Source: Tubulanus polymorphus
Lineage: Eukaryota > Animalia > Nemertea
DNA: 64,000 bases
Direction: 5' to 3'
Assembly (NCBI RefSeq): GCF_964204645.1
Contig: NC_134025.1
Coordinates: 27,818,299 to 27,882,298 of the forward strand
Both the position numbers and the translations under genes were made by a program. Under the pieces are notes generated by a model. That model saw nothing but the letters and a program-made list of their open reading frames with translations, had not been told where the DNA came from and made no database searches. This document shows positions 1 to 13,100 of this stretch, in pieces; within the stretch, counting starts at the first letter, position 1; every line of letters starts with the position of its first letter.

Positions 1-3000
1 GCCCTTGATTCATGTTCACATTTCAAGCCCAATTTCATTTCGATCAAAGAAAATTGATGGTTATTTCCCGTTCGCAACGCGAAGCGTTATATTCTTCACG
101 GAAAAATATACGTTAACGGAATACATTCACTTCATTTCTGGTATCGCCATATAAAATTTGATGGAATAAGTTGATGGGTTCGATTCCAGATAACGATAAG
201 ACATCAGGTTTATAATCAAAATGCTGCTGACTCGATACACAATAATATACATCGAATATGAATATTTATTAAGAACTCCCGTTGAAGAAGCGCTCTTCAG
301 TCGCGACGTTATCCAGACTACGCTTTTACGACGAGACATTTATCTAGCGGTGAATCAGAAATTTGTAACATGAATCAGAAAATCAGCAGCATCTTTCATC
401 GGAAAATAAATCGACCGAAAAACCACTCATTCAAATTATTTCATTTTCTGGTGGGTGAACATTCGTATCCTGATCTTTAAAAGGCTTCTTTGATGCGTTG
501 TCTCTCAGAAATCTATTTCGTTTCAACGCTTTCACTTTCTTACTCGATCGCAATATTTGAAAGGTCAAGAATTTGCGAAAGTTTTTTTTTTTGTAACACA
601 ATCATCGTTTAACAAGGATACATTGACAAAATAACAAACAATACACATGCATGCAAGAAAAATAAAAAACAACAACAATAACAAATCAGGCATGAACACA
701 AAAATGGAAGGAAATTCTGGGAGGTTGCTTACATTTTATACCCATCACCATAACCATAAATACATATAAATTATCATGAGTATAAATACTACAGGGAATG
801 GGTAAATAATATAAAATATTTGGTTGAAACAGGGATCGAGAGCAGCCTAATATTGTGTTAGGCATAGGAGTATTTCTAAAGAAGCCGAATAGAATTGAAA
901 TCCCGATTAAAATTGACCACTTACTTTCATTGGGGTGCATCATTATGGGGTTCACTGGAATGGATAATTTGGAGTTAATGGATCACATTTTTACGAAGAT
1001 AGGAAAAAACAATTATACACTCCGCCTACATGGTATAATGCGGTTTGTGATGTTATCGGCGAAACTTTGATGTAGAGACGGACGTCATCATAATGACGAA
1101 ATCGTATTTGACCAGATGAAAGATGAACGAAGAATAGCGCCGTAACCTTATTAAAAAAACACCTGATAGAAGCTGAACAAATGGTAACGGCAGCAACAGC
1201 AGCACTGAATGAATGAATGAATGATGTCCTCGCTTTGATTCACTTCGATAATTCACTGTAGCATTTTTAACTTCCAGCATCTATGACATAACATGAAAAA
1301 TCGGAACCACTTCGAAACAAAACCGAATCCCGCATAAATCCTTCACAACCGTCCCGGGCTTAATACGATATCCGTAAAGGCGACATCAATTCTATAAATT
1401 TCAAAAATCTTAGACGAGTTTCTACTGCATCAAATTGAAGATGTCGAGAATTACTTCGTTGAACTGTAGGAAAAAGCGACGCCACCAAACACTGGAATAT
1501 CAACAGGAAATTTCAAGAACTGTTCCCCGACTTGTTTCTTTTGATCTTTCCAGTTAAGAAATATCATCAATGCCGGCTAATCAAGTGATAAAAATAGTCA
1601 AGAGGCTGCGTCTCATTGAACTGAAAACATCGCTGCAGTACTTGACGACGATGAACATCCATTTCAAATGTCAAGTAGAGTCTTCTCCAAACTGCGTAGT
1701 TAATAATGATCAAGTAGGAAGTTCTTGTAGATTATTACTTATGTTTAAGTTTCCGGTTCTAGACAATCTAGAGTTTCTTATCAATCAACAAACAGTTCAC
1801 ATATTTTCACAAAGGAATATCAACTTTTACGGGGTTTTCTTTCGGAATTTTTTTAGTCCCAGATCCGACGTAAACGAACAATATATCGAAATGTATCATC
1901 ATAATCTGTAATACGATTATGTCATATCATCGGCTCAAGATTATTAAGACGCGATATAGAAAATTAATCAAAATAACCCGTAGTTAAAGAATCCGGTGCC
2001 GAGCTACTAGGAATTTTGATTGCTTTCAGCACATCGGCAACATTCCAATTACGGGTCGATCGATCGAAAATAAATAATATATAATTTAGAGAGAAGCAGC
2101 TGTTTTAGAATAATGAAAGTGGGAAGAGAATATAGACTCATCACTTATCAAGTACAAAAGATAGGAAATGAAATGGAAAACAAAAAGAGGGACTGGCCGA
2201 TATGAATACTGGAAATGAAAAGAATAAGGACACTAGAAAGAGACTCGATTCTGTAGCATCGGAAATGTGTATAGAATGAAGATGATAGAAATGAGTTTGT
2301 AGACAGGAAGTTACCAGAGAATAAATAGAGAAGATAGCGATAGAAGAAAACGGTATTGATGATGGAAGCGCAGTCGGTCGGTCGGTCTAACCGCAGTCTG
2401 ATTATAGCTATCCGCGGTTAAACCCCGATCACCGAAAGTGGTCGAGTTTTCTGCAAAATGCTTTATTGAAAAACTGATGTGGGTGAAAATTGGTGGAAAT
2501 TGTCCATCAGACGAGAACCAATCAATGCCAGGCACTGGTTATCCCATTACACCGTGGACTGATTGATGAATTGGGAGTTTGCAACGCGATGCAAATTGTC
2601 TTGTTATCCGAAGGATTATTGCGCAGTCCAAGTGCAATTTGGCGACTTGGATGGAAGTGAGATTATGAGCTTCTACGAGGATCACTCATTTGACGATTTG
2701 AACGTTATTTCCACAGTCTAGTTGAAAGACATCCAATTCTAATGGGCTTTTATCAAATATGCGAAGCGAACTGCATCGACATAAACTAAGGGAAAACCAG
2801 AAGATTTTATCAAAAATTTTAGCGCTGGCAAATATGAGAACGCACTCGCTTCGTCGGGATCGCATTCAATATTGCGCTGTATCAGGTTCGTGCCTGTAAT
2901 CCTACTTTATGATGCTCTTAAGGTATTAGGGGCCATAAGGGAGGCCAAATGTAATAAAAATATAATGAACTGATATTATCAACCAGCTTCAGATACTTCA

Positions 3001-4078
3001 ACAGGAGCATGTGTAGTTCACGCGCTTCGGGGACCGCAGCGTTCTTCACAAAATCTATCGGTAAACTACAGAAAAACTAATTTGTGGTTTACCAATCTAA
3101 CGGGTAGATTTGTACTTTTTATATCTAATTCATACAATAGATGACTGGCGATGAATCGAAACGTTATTCCTCGAGAGAGAATATAACACGCTAAATTAAT
3201 CTATCATGCATAACACGTGGAATACAGTTTCATCATGCAACATGCGATAATCATTTCTCTGAAGATTCGTTAATCATTTTTCAAGCGAGCAGAAGTCGAA
3301 CTCGGATCGTTTTAGCCGCGATTTCATAACTTCAAATACTTTACACGCACTTCATCGGATAGGTAAGGTAATACATGAACGAATTAAATATTCATTCTGT
3401 AATAATTGTACGCGACTAATCTGGACATATCACGCGATCTTGTATTCACGGATGATTGATAGAGCAACCGCGATATCACTTACTACATCATATTCAAACA
3501 ATTCTTACGATACAAATTTCTTCTTCACTTTTTTAAACGAAGCAACCTATTTCTTTAGACGCATTAGAAGGCGTTGTGTTCGATTTCATACTGATCTTAA
3601 TTATTCGTGATTCGTTAAAGTTAAAATTGCTAATATTCGTTGTTTTGATTCACGCGTTAAGATTGTAAAATGATTATCGTCGTGATTGCGTTAAATCGTT
3701 CGATTTTTCGAAGTAGACTAACGTTTTTAGAAAGCTGATCAATAGGAATCACAGTAAATGAAAGTGAAGAATCAGAAAGCAGATCGGTGTGAAAGTCACG
3801 TGAAATGAGAAATTCAAGATGCAACAAAAAAGTGGAAACAAACGAGGAAAATAAAGATGAATACAAAACAGTAGATAAACTATACAACGATGATAATATA
3901 ATGACGAATAGTGCAACACTGAATAATAATAATAATAAAACCACTAATCAAGCTGAAAAACACTGGATCGCTGCAGAAAATAGAATTGAGGAAGCATGCG
4001 GAATGAACAAGCCAACAAGATGCCAACGACAAAGAGGAGATGCCTCGGCACCGAGTGAAATCTCCCGTTGCGACTTAC

Positions 4079-4193
4079 GAGATGCCGTAGGTTGCTGAGA
4101 AGATGTGGAGGGTTTGCTCGTATCTCTGTACGTTCCGTTTAATATCGCGAGTTCCATAAGTTGACGTTTTTTGAGCTCGTCTTGCCCCTCCGG
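4079..4193 (-). CDS. Quaking alternative QUA2 exon B (canonical)
   Basis: ttttcag|CCG...TCTC|gtaagt; 115 nt, phase 0 to 1; [24 protein letters not shown] matches the QKI/How QUA2 consensus. Confidence 0.9.
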
Positions 4194-7100
4194 CTGAAAA
4201 TGGACGAACACGGTTAGCGTTGTTAGAATAAAGATAGAACTTACGTGATCCCAGAGCTGCTGACGTGTTCGGCGCTAACAAGTGCGGCCGGTCAAATCTA
4301 AATGTACCGTTGTACGTGGCTAATTCCATCAACTGCATTTTTTTCCACAGATCATCACCTTCCGGCTAAAAAAACGAACAATCAGTTTTTGATAACGCCG
4401 TACAAATTGCTGGTGTCACGCCATACCTGCTGATTCCCGACAACTCGAAACAACTCATTCAAAACAAACAAAATACACGCAAGACATGATAAAGATAAAT
4501 ACAAAAACATTATTCAGATTTAATGAAAAATGATTTAGCTTCAAAAAGTTACTTTACGCATTTAATCAAAAATATCAATATTTGTCGTTTGGCAGGGATA
4601 AATTTGCGATCCTCTTCCCTTATAATAAAAGCGGCTTTTGCTGATACTTTATTGGGCATAACTTCAAGCATAGCGATTTAATGCGGTGGAATGAATATGA
4701 TTTGACTCGATAAAACGTCATAAACAGCGTTTAGCACTCGTTCAATTCCACGTAATTGGAAATTTCGATTTACAACACAACGCCAAACGTAATCAACGGA
4801 TGTTTTTAAACCAGCGCCGGTAACGATACTAAATTACCATAAAACGATCGTGAAACGCTGCAGCGGTGAGCAACGGGATTAAATCAGTAAAACATCGGAC
4901 ATCAGCAACAACGACGCCGACCATCGGATACAAATCACGATTCTCTATCGAGGACAGCCGGAGACAAATAGAATAATCTACAATAGGCGGAAAACTATCA
5001 TCTCGTCGTGAAAATATAATACATCGACGAAGATGAACAACGATAAAAACCACTCGTAGTGACAGACGAACAAATGATCACTGAATCCCTACTGCTTCGT
5101 TGATTGAACATTCGCGCGACGAAAACAGAAAGAATCTTCAATAAACTCATAAATGATGAAACATTTCGTAAAGCCGTTCATTTGTTTCCATCATTCGGCC
5201 ATAACTTAACATCATCAGTTTATACGATAGATACATAAAACCTTTTTATAAGTGGTTTCTTACTTGAAAACTACTCATATGTACTCGGTGAGAGTGTTCG
5301 AGCATGGTTCGAGTACATCGCGTCCAATAATGCAAAATAATTATTGGCAATGCGAGCGGGATAAAATTAAAGTTCGAAATTTTCTGAAGATTACTAGCTA
5401 TATTTACCGATGACGAGTGCTACATACACGACACACACGTGACTGAACGCTAAATAAACGTCACTAAATCCCGACATTTTTCAGAATCACGTCCTATCAG
5501 ATGCCTCGCCCGACACCATTAGTCAATAATAACCTAATTTTCAACGTTCAATTTTATCGTCGCGAATTAACAACGTCATAGGAAAATGAGCCTAGTCAGA
5601 AGATTCCGAAGTTCGCCGTCGAACTATACGGCCCGAACCGAGATATCCGCCGGCCGGAAAAATCGGTGGTCATCGAAGCAAAAACATAAACGATGATTGA
5701 ATGATACTCTTGATAAATAAGGAAGTCAGTGGAATGTGAGCTAGAGCTAGTCTCGCATCAATAACATCATCATTTATATGCTTCATTTGTAAATATATTC
5801 ATCAGAAAACTGTGCAATAGTATCCCCGCATAGCAAGTCAGTTCAGTAGGTGACGAAGAGTTTTTGGGACATTTTCCCCCAACATTTATCATTATAAATG
5901 GTAGAGACACTTTGAAAAGATCGGTACCTGGTAGATAGTTGTATTATAGGGGCCAACGAGGCTTTTAAAAGACGGCACAAAACAACCTGTTTTGTGTTTA
6001 AACGAGAATTATTACTGTTTTCTTAGAATTTCCTATATAAATAGATAGCTCAATTGACAATAGCTTCCAATATGCAATTCATATGCAGATTTCTCTAAAA
6101 GGATCTCTTCATAACGGCATTTAAAATGTTTGGGCAGATCTACAGAACACCTTTTGTCACTGACTGGTCTCGGCATAAACGTTTGCAAAACCAAGAACCC
6201 ATAAATCTCATCAGTTCTTCTCTAGTTATATACTGCAAGTACATATTCAGCTTGCCCCGAGTAACTGTTCATAAATGGTTTGGCCAAATTCAAATCGATA
6301 TTCATCTGATAAATAAATGGAAATCACATAACAGTAGTTAACTATCTTAAGGCTCGAATACCCGAAGCTGCCGGCAATAAGCTCAGATAATGGACAGAAC
6401 TTGTGGACTGGCAATCAACCGCTTCATCTAAACAGATGAAAACAGCATTGATTTTAGCACAGGGAAGTCTAGCAGCCATATGCAGCTTCACAGAAGGATA
6501 TCGTCAATAAACATCGGGTCAATAATTCAACTATTTGGTCAACTCGCTTCGCCGGTGTGAAGGTTTAAACCGATGCTTCATCGAAGTATCGCATGACAAA
6601 ATCTACTTCAACAAGACACTTTGATCAATTCTAAGAATATTTGTATTTGTCCGGGCCCCCGGGTGACAGGGGACACAGCGATGTAGTAAACCAGGATCGA
6701 GCCAACAGGAAATGGAAAAGTTATCGACGGAACATGCCACCACTTCCGGGCGGTTAGCTAAAACACAACGCAAAATCATTCAGTCACCGAAGTAAAAACT
6801 GGCGTGGTAGAAAACCCGGTGCGTCGGTGCACTCGTGACTGCAGTAAGGCAATACATCGACAGTTTTAATTTCCCAAAGCTCAAACTGTCTGTGATGGAA
6901 ACGTCGACAGCAGCGGCAGCAGCAGTAGAAGCAACGTATCACAGCGGCCAATTGATCACCAGTTACAGGTTAATCACTTTGTTAGCCAGATGCTGCAACG
7001 CAATCAAACACCTCACGGCCGGCGACTTCAGTGATAAATGTACGGAATCAGTATTCAACTGATCACCGTTTTATCCATTTGTAATGACCAACGGTATAAA

Positions 7101-10100
7101 AAAAACACCCGCGCGACGATAGGCATCATTTACACAAGGACAAGATTTCGCAATTACGGTAAAAATCGCAATCCGACTTATTAATGCGCGAGCACAGGAC
7201 GAAAATAGACGATTCATAACAAGGCACAGCTCGCAAGAAAAACACATCAACATCGTCATATTTCACCGAGTCCGGCGAATGTGACAATGATTCTGATAAA
7301 GTTACAATTAATATTAGCTCGAATTAATATACGAAAACATGAATGACAAAAAATCGATGTTCTTTTATCAACAAGCGCGACTGAGCGGCCTAATTGGGTA
7401 GGAAAATATATATCGGAAAATATCATTTTCGTTTCAGAATAGGCACTCGTCACTCGTGACTGTTCTCTTTCGTCAGTTTCGGAAATATCAATACTTTCAT
7501 TTCCGATCATCGCGTCGAGAATGCGAGGCTAGTATCGGGTCTCGTGTCCTGGCAAAATACCGTGAAATTAGAGCCGGAACATATACTAGAGGCAGCGCCG
7601 AGATTAGCATACTCTCGACGTTCAAATCCCCGCAATGACAATGTCGATTTTTCACCACAGGAAAACGAGATCCGATTTAATCCATGTAATAAATACAGGT
7701 GACGACGAGGCCCCGGTCGCGTCTAATCTGCGTAAGTCCCCGGAACGAACGAGATCGAAACCAATCTCGTCGTCATCGTCGAAACCTCGCACATATCATC
7801 TGGAATTAATGGCTTTTTAAGAAATGTCATATGTTCCGAGAGATTTGTAGTTACCAGTCAACCGTGTTACGCAAAAACTGTTGAAATTTGCTTCGAATGC
7901 AAATAAATTTCAAACATCTCATAAGAGAAATATATATCAAAAGGCACCTTTCGATGAGGTTGATTAAAAAATTTCAAGTACAAGTCAAGAGAAACTATCT
8001 TTAGTCAATAAAGCGTAGAATCATTGCTTAGTAATTACGACGCGGGAGATGGTTGCGAAGAGAACATTGCTACGATCCTTCTGCCTTCGGTAAATACAAG
8101 ATAAATTGCCAATTAAGATGGATAATAGCGAGACAATTCGCTGACAATGATTACTACATTTCACCATCAAGAGGCAATGATCGGAGTGAAATAGTACAAA
8201 TCAGTTTCTCCATCTTACTACGGCTATACAACCGCTGTAAGAGGATGCAGCCCCGAAAAATTGACAGCCAAGTGAAAAGATCCACGCGAATCCTTGATGA
8301 CTAGCGATCCACCGACGACATCGGTAATTAGAATCCAGTTTTCCGGAGGAGTGCGGATCAATTTTGTCCTGTTGATTGCCTGCGATGTGGTGCTTGTTTT
8401 CTCATAACAAAGGTTAACGCTACTTGGGCGCGAGAAAACACGACGAACATCGGAAATCGATACGAATCACACCGTCATTTTGTCCCAACCAAATGAGATT
8501 TACATCACTGATACGATTTAATGACTATCGATATTTAGAAGATGAGTAAAACACTGTATCATATACATCGCTATCTTACGCGTACATCCCTAGTATTCGG
8601 ACATTTTCAAAATTCGATTGTAATCATTAATCAAACGCGCGATTATTCATGAGAATTTCATTGAAAACTTCGAAGATCGAACGTCAACTTTAAACGGAGA
8701 CTAAACACGAAGATATCAAATGATGTAACATAAAATGGCAGTAATATGAAGTAGTATCTCGCAGCGGGTCTACAATACCGCTATACCTTCGAGCTGTTCG
8801 CAATAGCTACATTCTCTACATTCATTGCCGAGAAGGAATTGTGACCAGATTTTGAACTATACATCCGAGCTTATAAATTGCAGCCGGATAATGGGCATTA
8901 GCTGATGAGTAATAGTGTCGCTAGAAGCAATGCCAATTTCTATTCGGTCAAAAGATTCATTAGGTAATAAAGTAAGACAGTGGCCGAAGGTTCTGACGAT
9001 AACAGTATCACATTTTATGATGTATTTGACGACTTTCTTCGAGACGAATTGTTGTTGATCATTATTCTATGACTTCTATCTACGTAACACACCACGCGTT
9101 CTTTATTATTTCATTTAACTGATTTCGCATACGCGCCGCGCAAGAAGTAATTCGGAGGTTCGCGAAGCGCATAGCAAACCACCTGCTTGTGAAATACACG
9201 TTTATGACCGACTATGAGCAGAAGAATTCTTCGTCTTGGTGATACAAAGCAAGTAAATCAAATTTCTATACTCGGAACAGTCGTTCTAGGCTTTCTACCA
9301 AAAATACAACCTGTGGCCTTTCTTATTATAGATAAATGAGGGTGGAGTCTTCTTACTACATTAAGTTATCGTTTTAGATCGAATTCCTACGTGGTAATGG
9401 CTAATTTGATTTTCTATCCGAGTCCCTTCTGCCTTGAAATTCAAAGCGCGTCGAAAGATTTGATAAACGAAAATCTGTGCACATCCGATGGCAGCCCTCG
9501 GGCCACGACAGCAAACGTAAATTGCTACTGCATCTAACTCTAGACAGAAGAGAAATGTTTTCTAGCCAAACTAATGATGAAAATAAATTCAGTTATTTTT
9601 TCGAAACAGCATATCATATGCCGAGTTGAGAAGACAATTATTTGACAATCAACGCACATAAAACCAAACTACTTCCATTAAATTTTTCAAATTGACACGC
9701 GCTGCTTAAAAATTTCCAACATAACGTTAGCTTTTTACCGTAGGGCTCTATATTTTTCCTCCGTATGCTCGAGAGAAACCGATCGACCTTTCGTAAAGCC
9801 TATACCTTGATCTAATATTCTTCGAGATACGAAACAGTATCCCCAAGAATACACATCACATACATAAATAATCGTGTATACCGGTCAACCATGAGATAGC
9901 AAACATGAGTTGCACACCAGAGTACCGGCGTGTGTTTTCAAAACAACCAATTGCTTTTTCTCATCGCTTTCTTTTTTTCCGTCTCTCCAACTCTTATTTC
10001 TCGAGTATTGTAAGCGAGAATCGCCGTTTTGAAGACCGGCCGTCTCCGTCCCCGGGGAGATGTTACAATGCTCGACAAACCACTGCCCGTATATGATCGC

Positions 10101-13100
10101 TGTAATAAAGCCGAGGAAATTGATAAATCGATACTAAATACATTTCTCTTTACTCATCCGCGAGTTGTAATGCGGCGAAACTGCCCCCCTCGAGCAGAAA
10201 TCAAATGTTAAGAAAATCAGAAGAAAATCATCACAAATTTACGGCGATACAGCGGGCAATCATAATCACGCGATATTTATATCTTTTTCTTCTAATATAA
10301 AAGCGGATAGATCGATAAAGAGTTTACGACGACGAAAGGAAGGAAATCATCTATAATGCGGAGAGGGAAAGTTAATCTTTTGATGCTTTTGTCTTTGCTG
10401 ATAAAATGCCTTAAGCCGAAGCGACGCAATGAAACTCGCATCGTATAAACAGCTAAAAACATTTTTCGGCAATAACGACGACGACGGAGCAGCTTTTAGT
10501 CAATTTATCAAAAACCCATAGATGCAATTTGCCTCTCAGAAGGATAATACAGCTCTTAAAGCTTTTAAACAAGAAAAGATATTTCTACGCGTCGATAAGC
10601 GAAGGAAATGGAGGTGTATAAATAAAATGTCACGTGGTCCCTAACTATCGAGGCCTTAAAAAATGCAGCCTAATAACATCGAACACTACTATGTACTTGC
10701 AATCGGTATGAAATTGAATTTCAGTGTAGTGCCACCACAAGTGGTTATGCATTTTGCTAGCCAGTCGGCATAGGGAATTTAATCAGACATCCTCGCGAGA
10801 TTCGGTCAGCCGTGCTTCCCAATCATCGCTACCAAATTGTATTATCTATACCTGACACCTTTACCTAGCGATAGCGCACTATCTGTTGAATCATTAGAAT
10901 TCTAGTCAAAGAGAAAAAACAGCAGCCAGACTAATATACGATGACGCCACAGTTTTATCAATGACTGCAAGTAATAAATTTTGAAACAGGAGGAATATGG
11001 AGAAGTGGATGAGTAGAGCGAGGAGGTAGGGAGCACTTTCTCATCAACACCACCAGCTTCGAGATGTCGTATCTCTCGTAATCAATTTCCGCAGTATTGT
11101 CATTTTATCGGGCGATTATTCTAAGGAAGATTATCTACCTGACCGATGGTGAATGAATTATTATATCGCGTTTTTCGATATATCACACTATACAGTGTTA
11201 TGTGTATGACAAGTCTCTTACTAAATCACGACGCGCGCGTCATTTCAAGCATGCATTAAACAAATTAAATGCTTCACAACTACAATCTAATAGACATTGT
11301 TTTTGGGTATTAAGAAACCGGCTCGGATGACTTAAGCAATTAGATAAAATCAATTAGTTATAATGGAACTCGTGCAGTTCCTGTAGTAAAACAATCCCGA
11401 CCCGATGAAAAACATTTCATCACGAAATTGAATTCATTCTTAAGAACAACGGGATGAAAAAAAGTTAATCACATTAAAACAATATCGAAAGCTATTCCTG
11501 GTGAAGATCTAACGACACCCTGCGTACGTATACCAAAATTACTTACTATTACTTCTAAGAATTTTTTAATTCCCTTTACGGCCCTTCGCAGAAGTATTTC
11601 AGCTCGTTCATGTGTATCTTCGACTGTAAGCAGTACATGTAGCTCGTCGCTAAGATGTTCCCAGTGCTGTTTGCCTCTTTGCTGCTCTTCCTATAAAACA
11701 TAAAAAGACGACGAAAGAATAAGAAAATTGACAGAAAGGCAATCCGTCAAAGATTTCAAACTATTTCTAATCAGGCATGAACTGACAGGAACGCGAATCG
11801 CGAAAACTGACTGGCGATTCAGTGAAGATTCAGTGAAGCTGATGACGATGAATTCATATACACATTCAGCGTTAGAAAGTGAGAGAACGAAATGATTCAT
11901 GAAAATATTCAGATAAAATCGCGACAGAAACTAAATACGCGTGGAGACCGAGATAGCGATTCTGGCAATTCCCGCAGTAACTTTCAGTCATTTGGCATCT
12001 TAACCTCTATTATATACCTCTCAATCTAATGATTGATTGGCTAATAATATAATCGGGCTTACAACGGCACAACAGTAATTACCCACAGTATTCCCTTATA
12101 GAATTCAGACGGATAGTGAAAATTGAGGAAGACATGGTCGTGGTCATTTCATGGGTCGATCTGAACGCAGAGAGAATACCGAGAATTCACCCCCGAGAAG
12201 AAAGATATTTGCTGACCATTTGACTCGGCAAATAACGGGTTTAGGGAGAGAAAAGAAAGATCCATCGAGTTCATTACACGTTCAAATTTCCACCGAGAGC
12301 GAATCTAATACAGAACTGAACAATATATAATTAGGAGGCCTGGAATAAATTCAGAACATCGTGTCTTCTAAAGGCAGTAATTAGATGATAGTCAGTATGA
12401 GATTTCATTTTATTTCATCAGTCAAGGGAAGAGAATTCGATCTAGTTTAGTCAGCTGAGACAGGCAGGTCGTCTGTATCTAGGCCAGATTCTCTCTCTCT
12501 CTCTCTCTCTCTCTCTAGGCACTCACATGTTGACATGGTTTCCTAAAGATAATAACCGCATCCAGTATTTACCACTAGGATTACATTTCTACAGATCTAC
12601 GGTATCTTCCATCATTGTGTATGCAATAGACACTAGTCCCGTGAAAGGACATTTGGGGATACAGCGAAGTGCTAATCTATGAAATTTTCCCGAGACAGAT
12701 TCGAAGACCTTCAACTTGCATACAGCAAAATAATTCTAGTCACACTTATGGTTAGATAATGAACTGGTCAACTCCCGTGTTCGACCACACGGGCCATTTA
12801 ACATATCTGTGATACTAGTCTTAATCAAGGGTTATCGGGAGGGGGGGAGGAAATAGAAAGGCAATTGAACGTCTTGCACCGAATGCATTTCATCCATCGG
12901 TAATTAGTGAACCACTTACACATAAACTGGAGTGACTTGTTCATAATGAAACAGTAGATTGTTACCAGAACAACGAGTAACTGCGATGTTAACACAAGGA
13001 CCTGTTACAGAGGAAAGCATGTCACGCATATTGAGGAACAACCGACAAACATGATGGGTAACAATAACCGTTCAAGATTAAAAAGCGGTGATGACGCAAT

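Noticed and set aside
127-3944. Short ORFs as possible downstream quaking exons or separate genes
   Set aside because: No recognisable QKI C-terminal motifs and no phase-1 exon with good splice sites; treated as intron.
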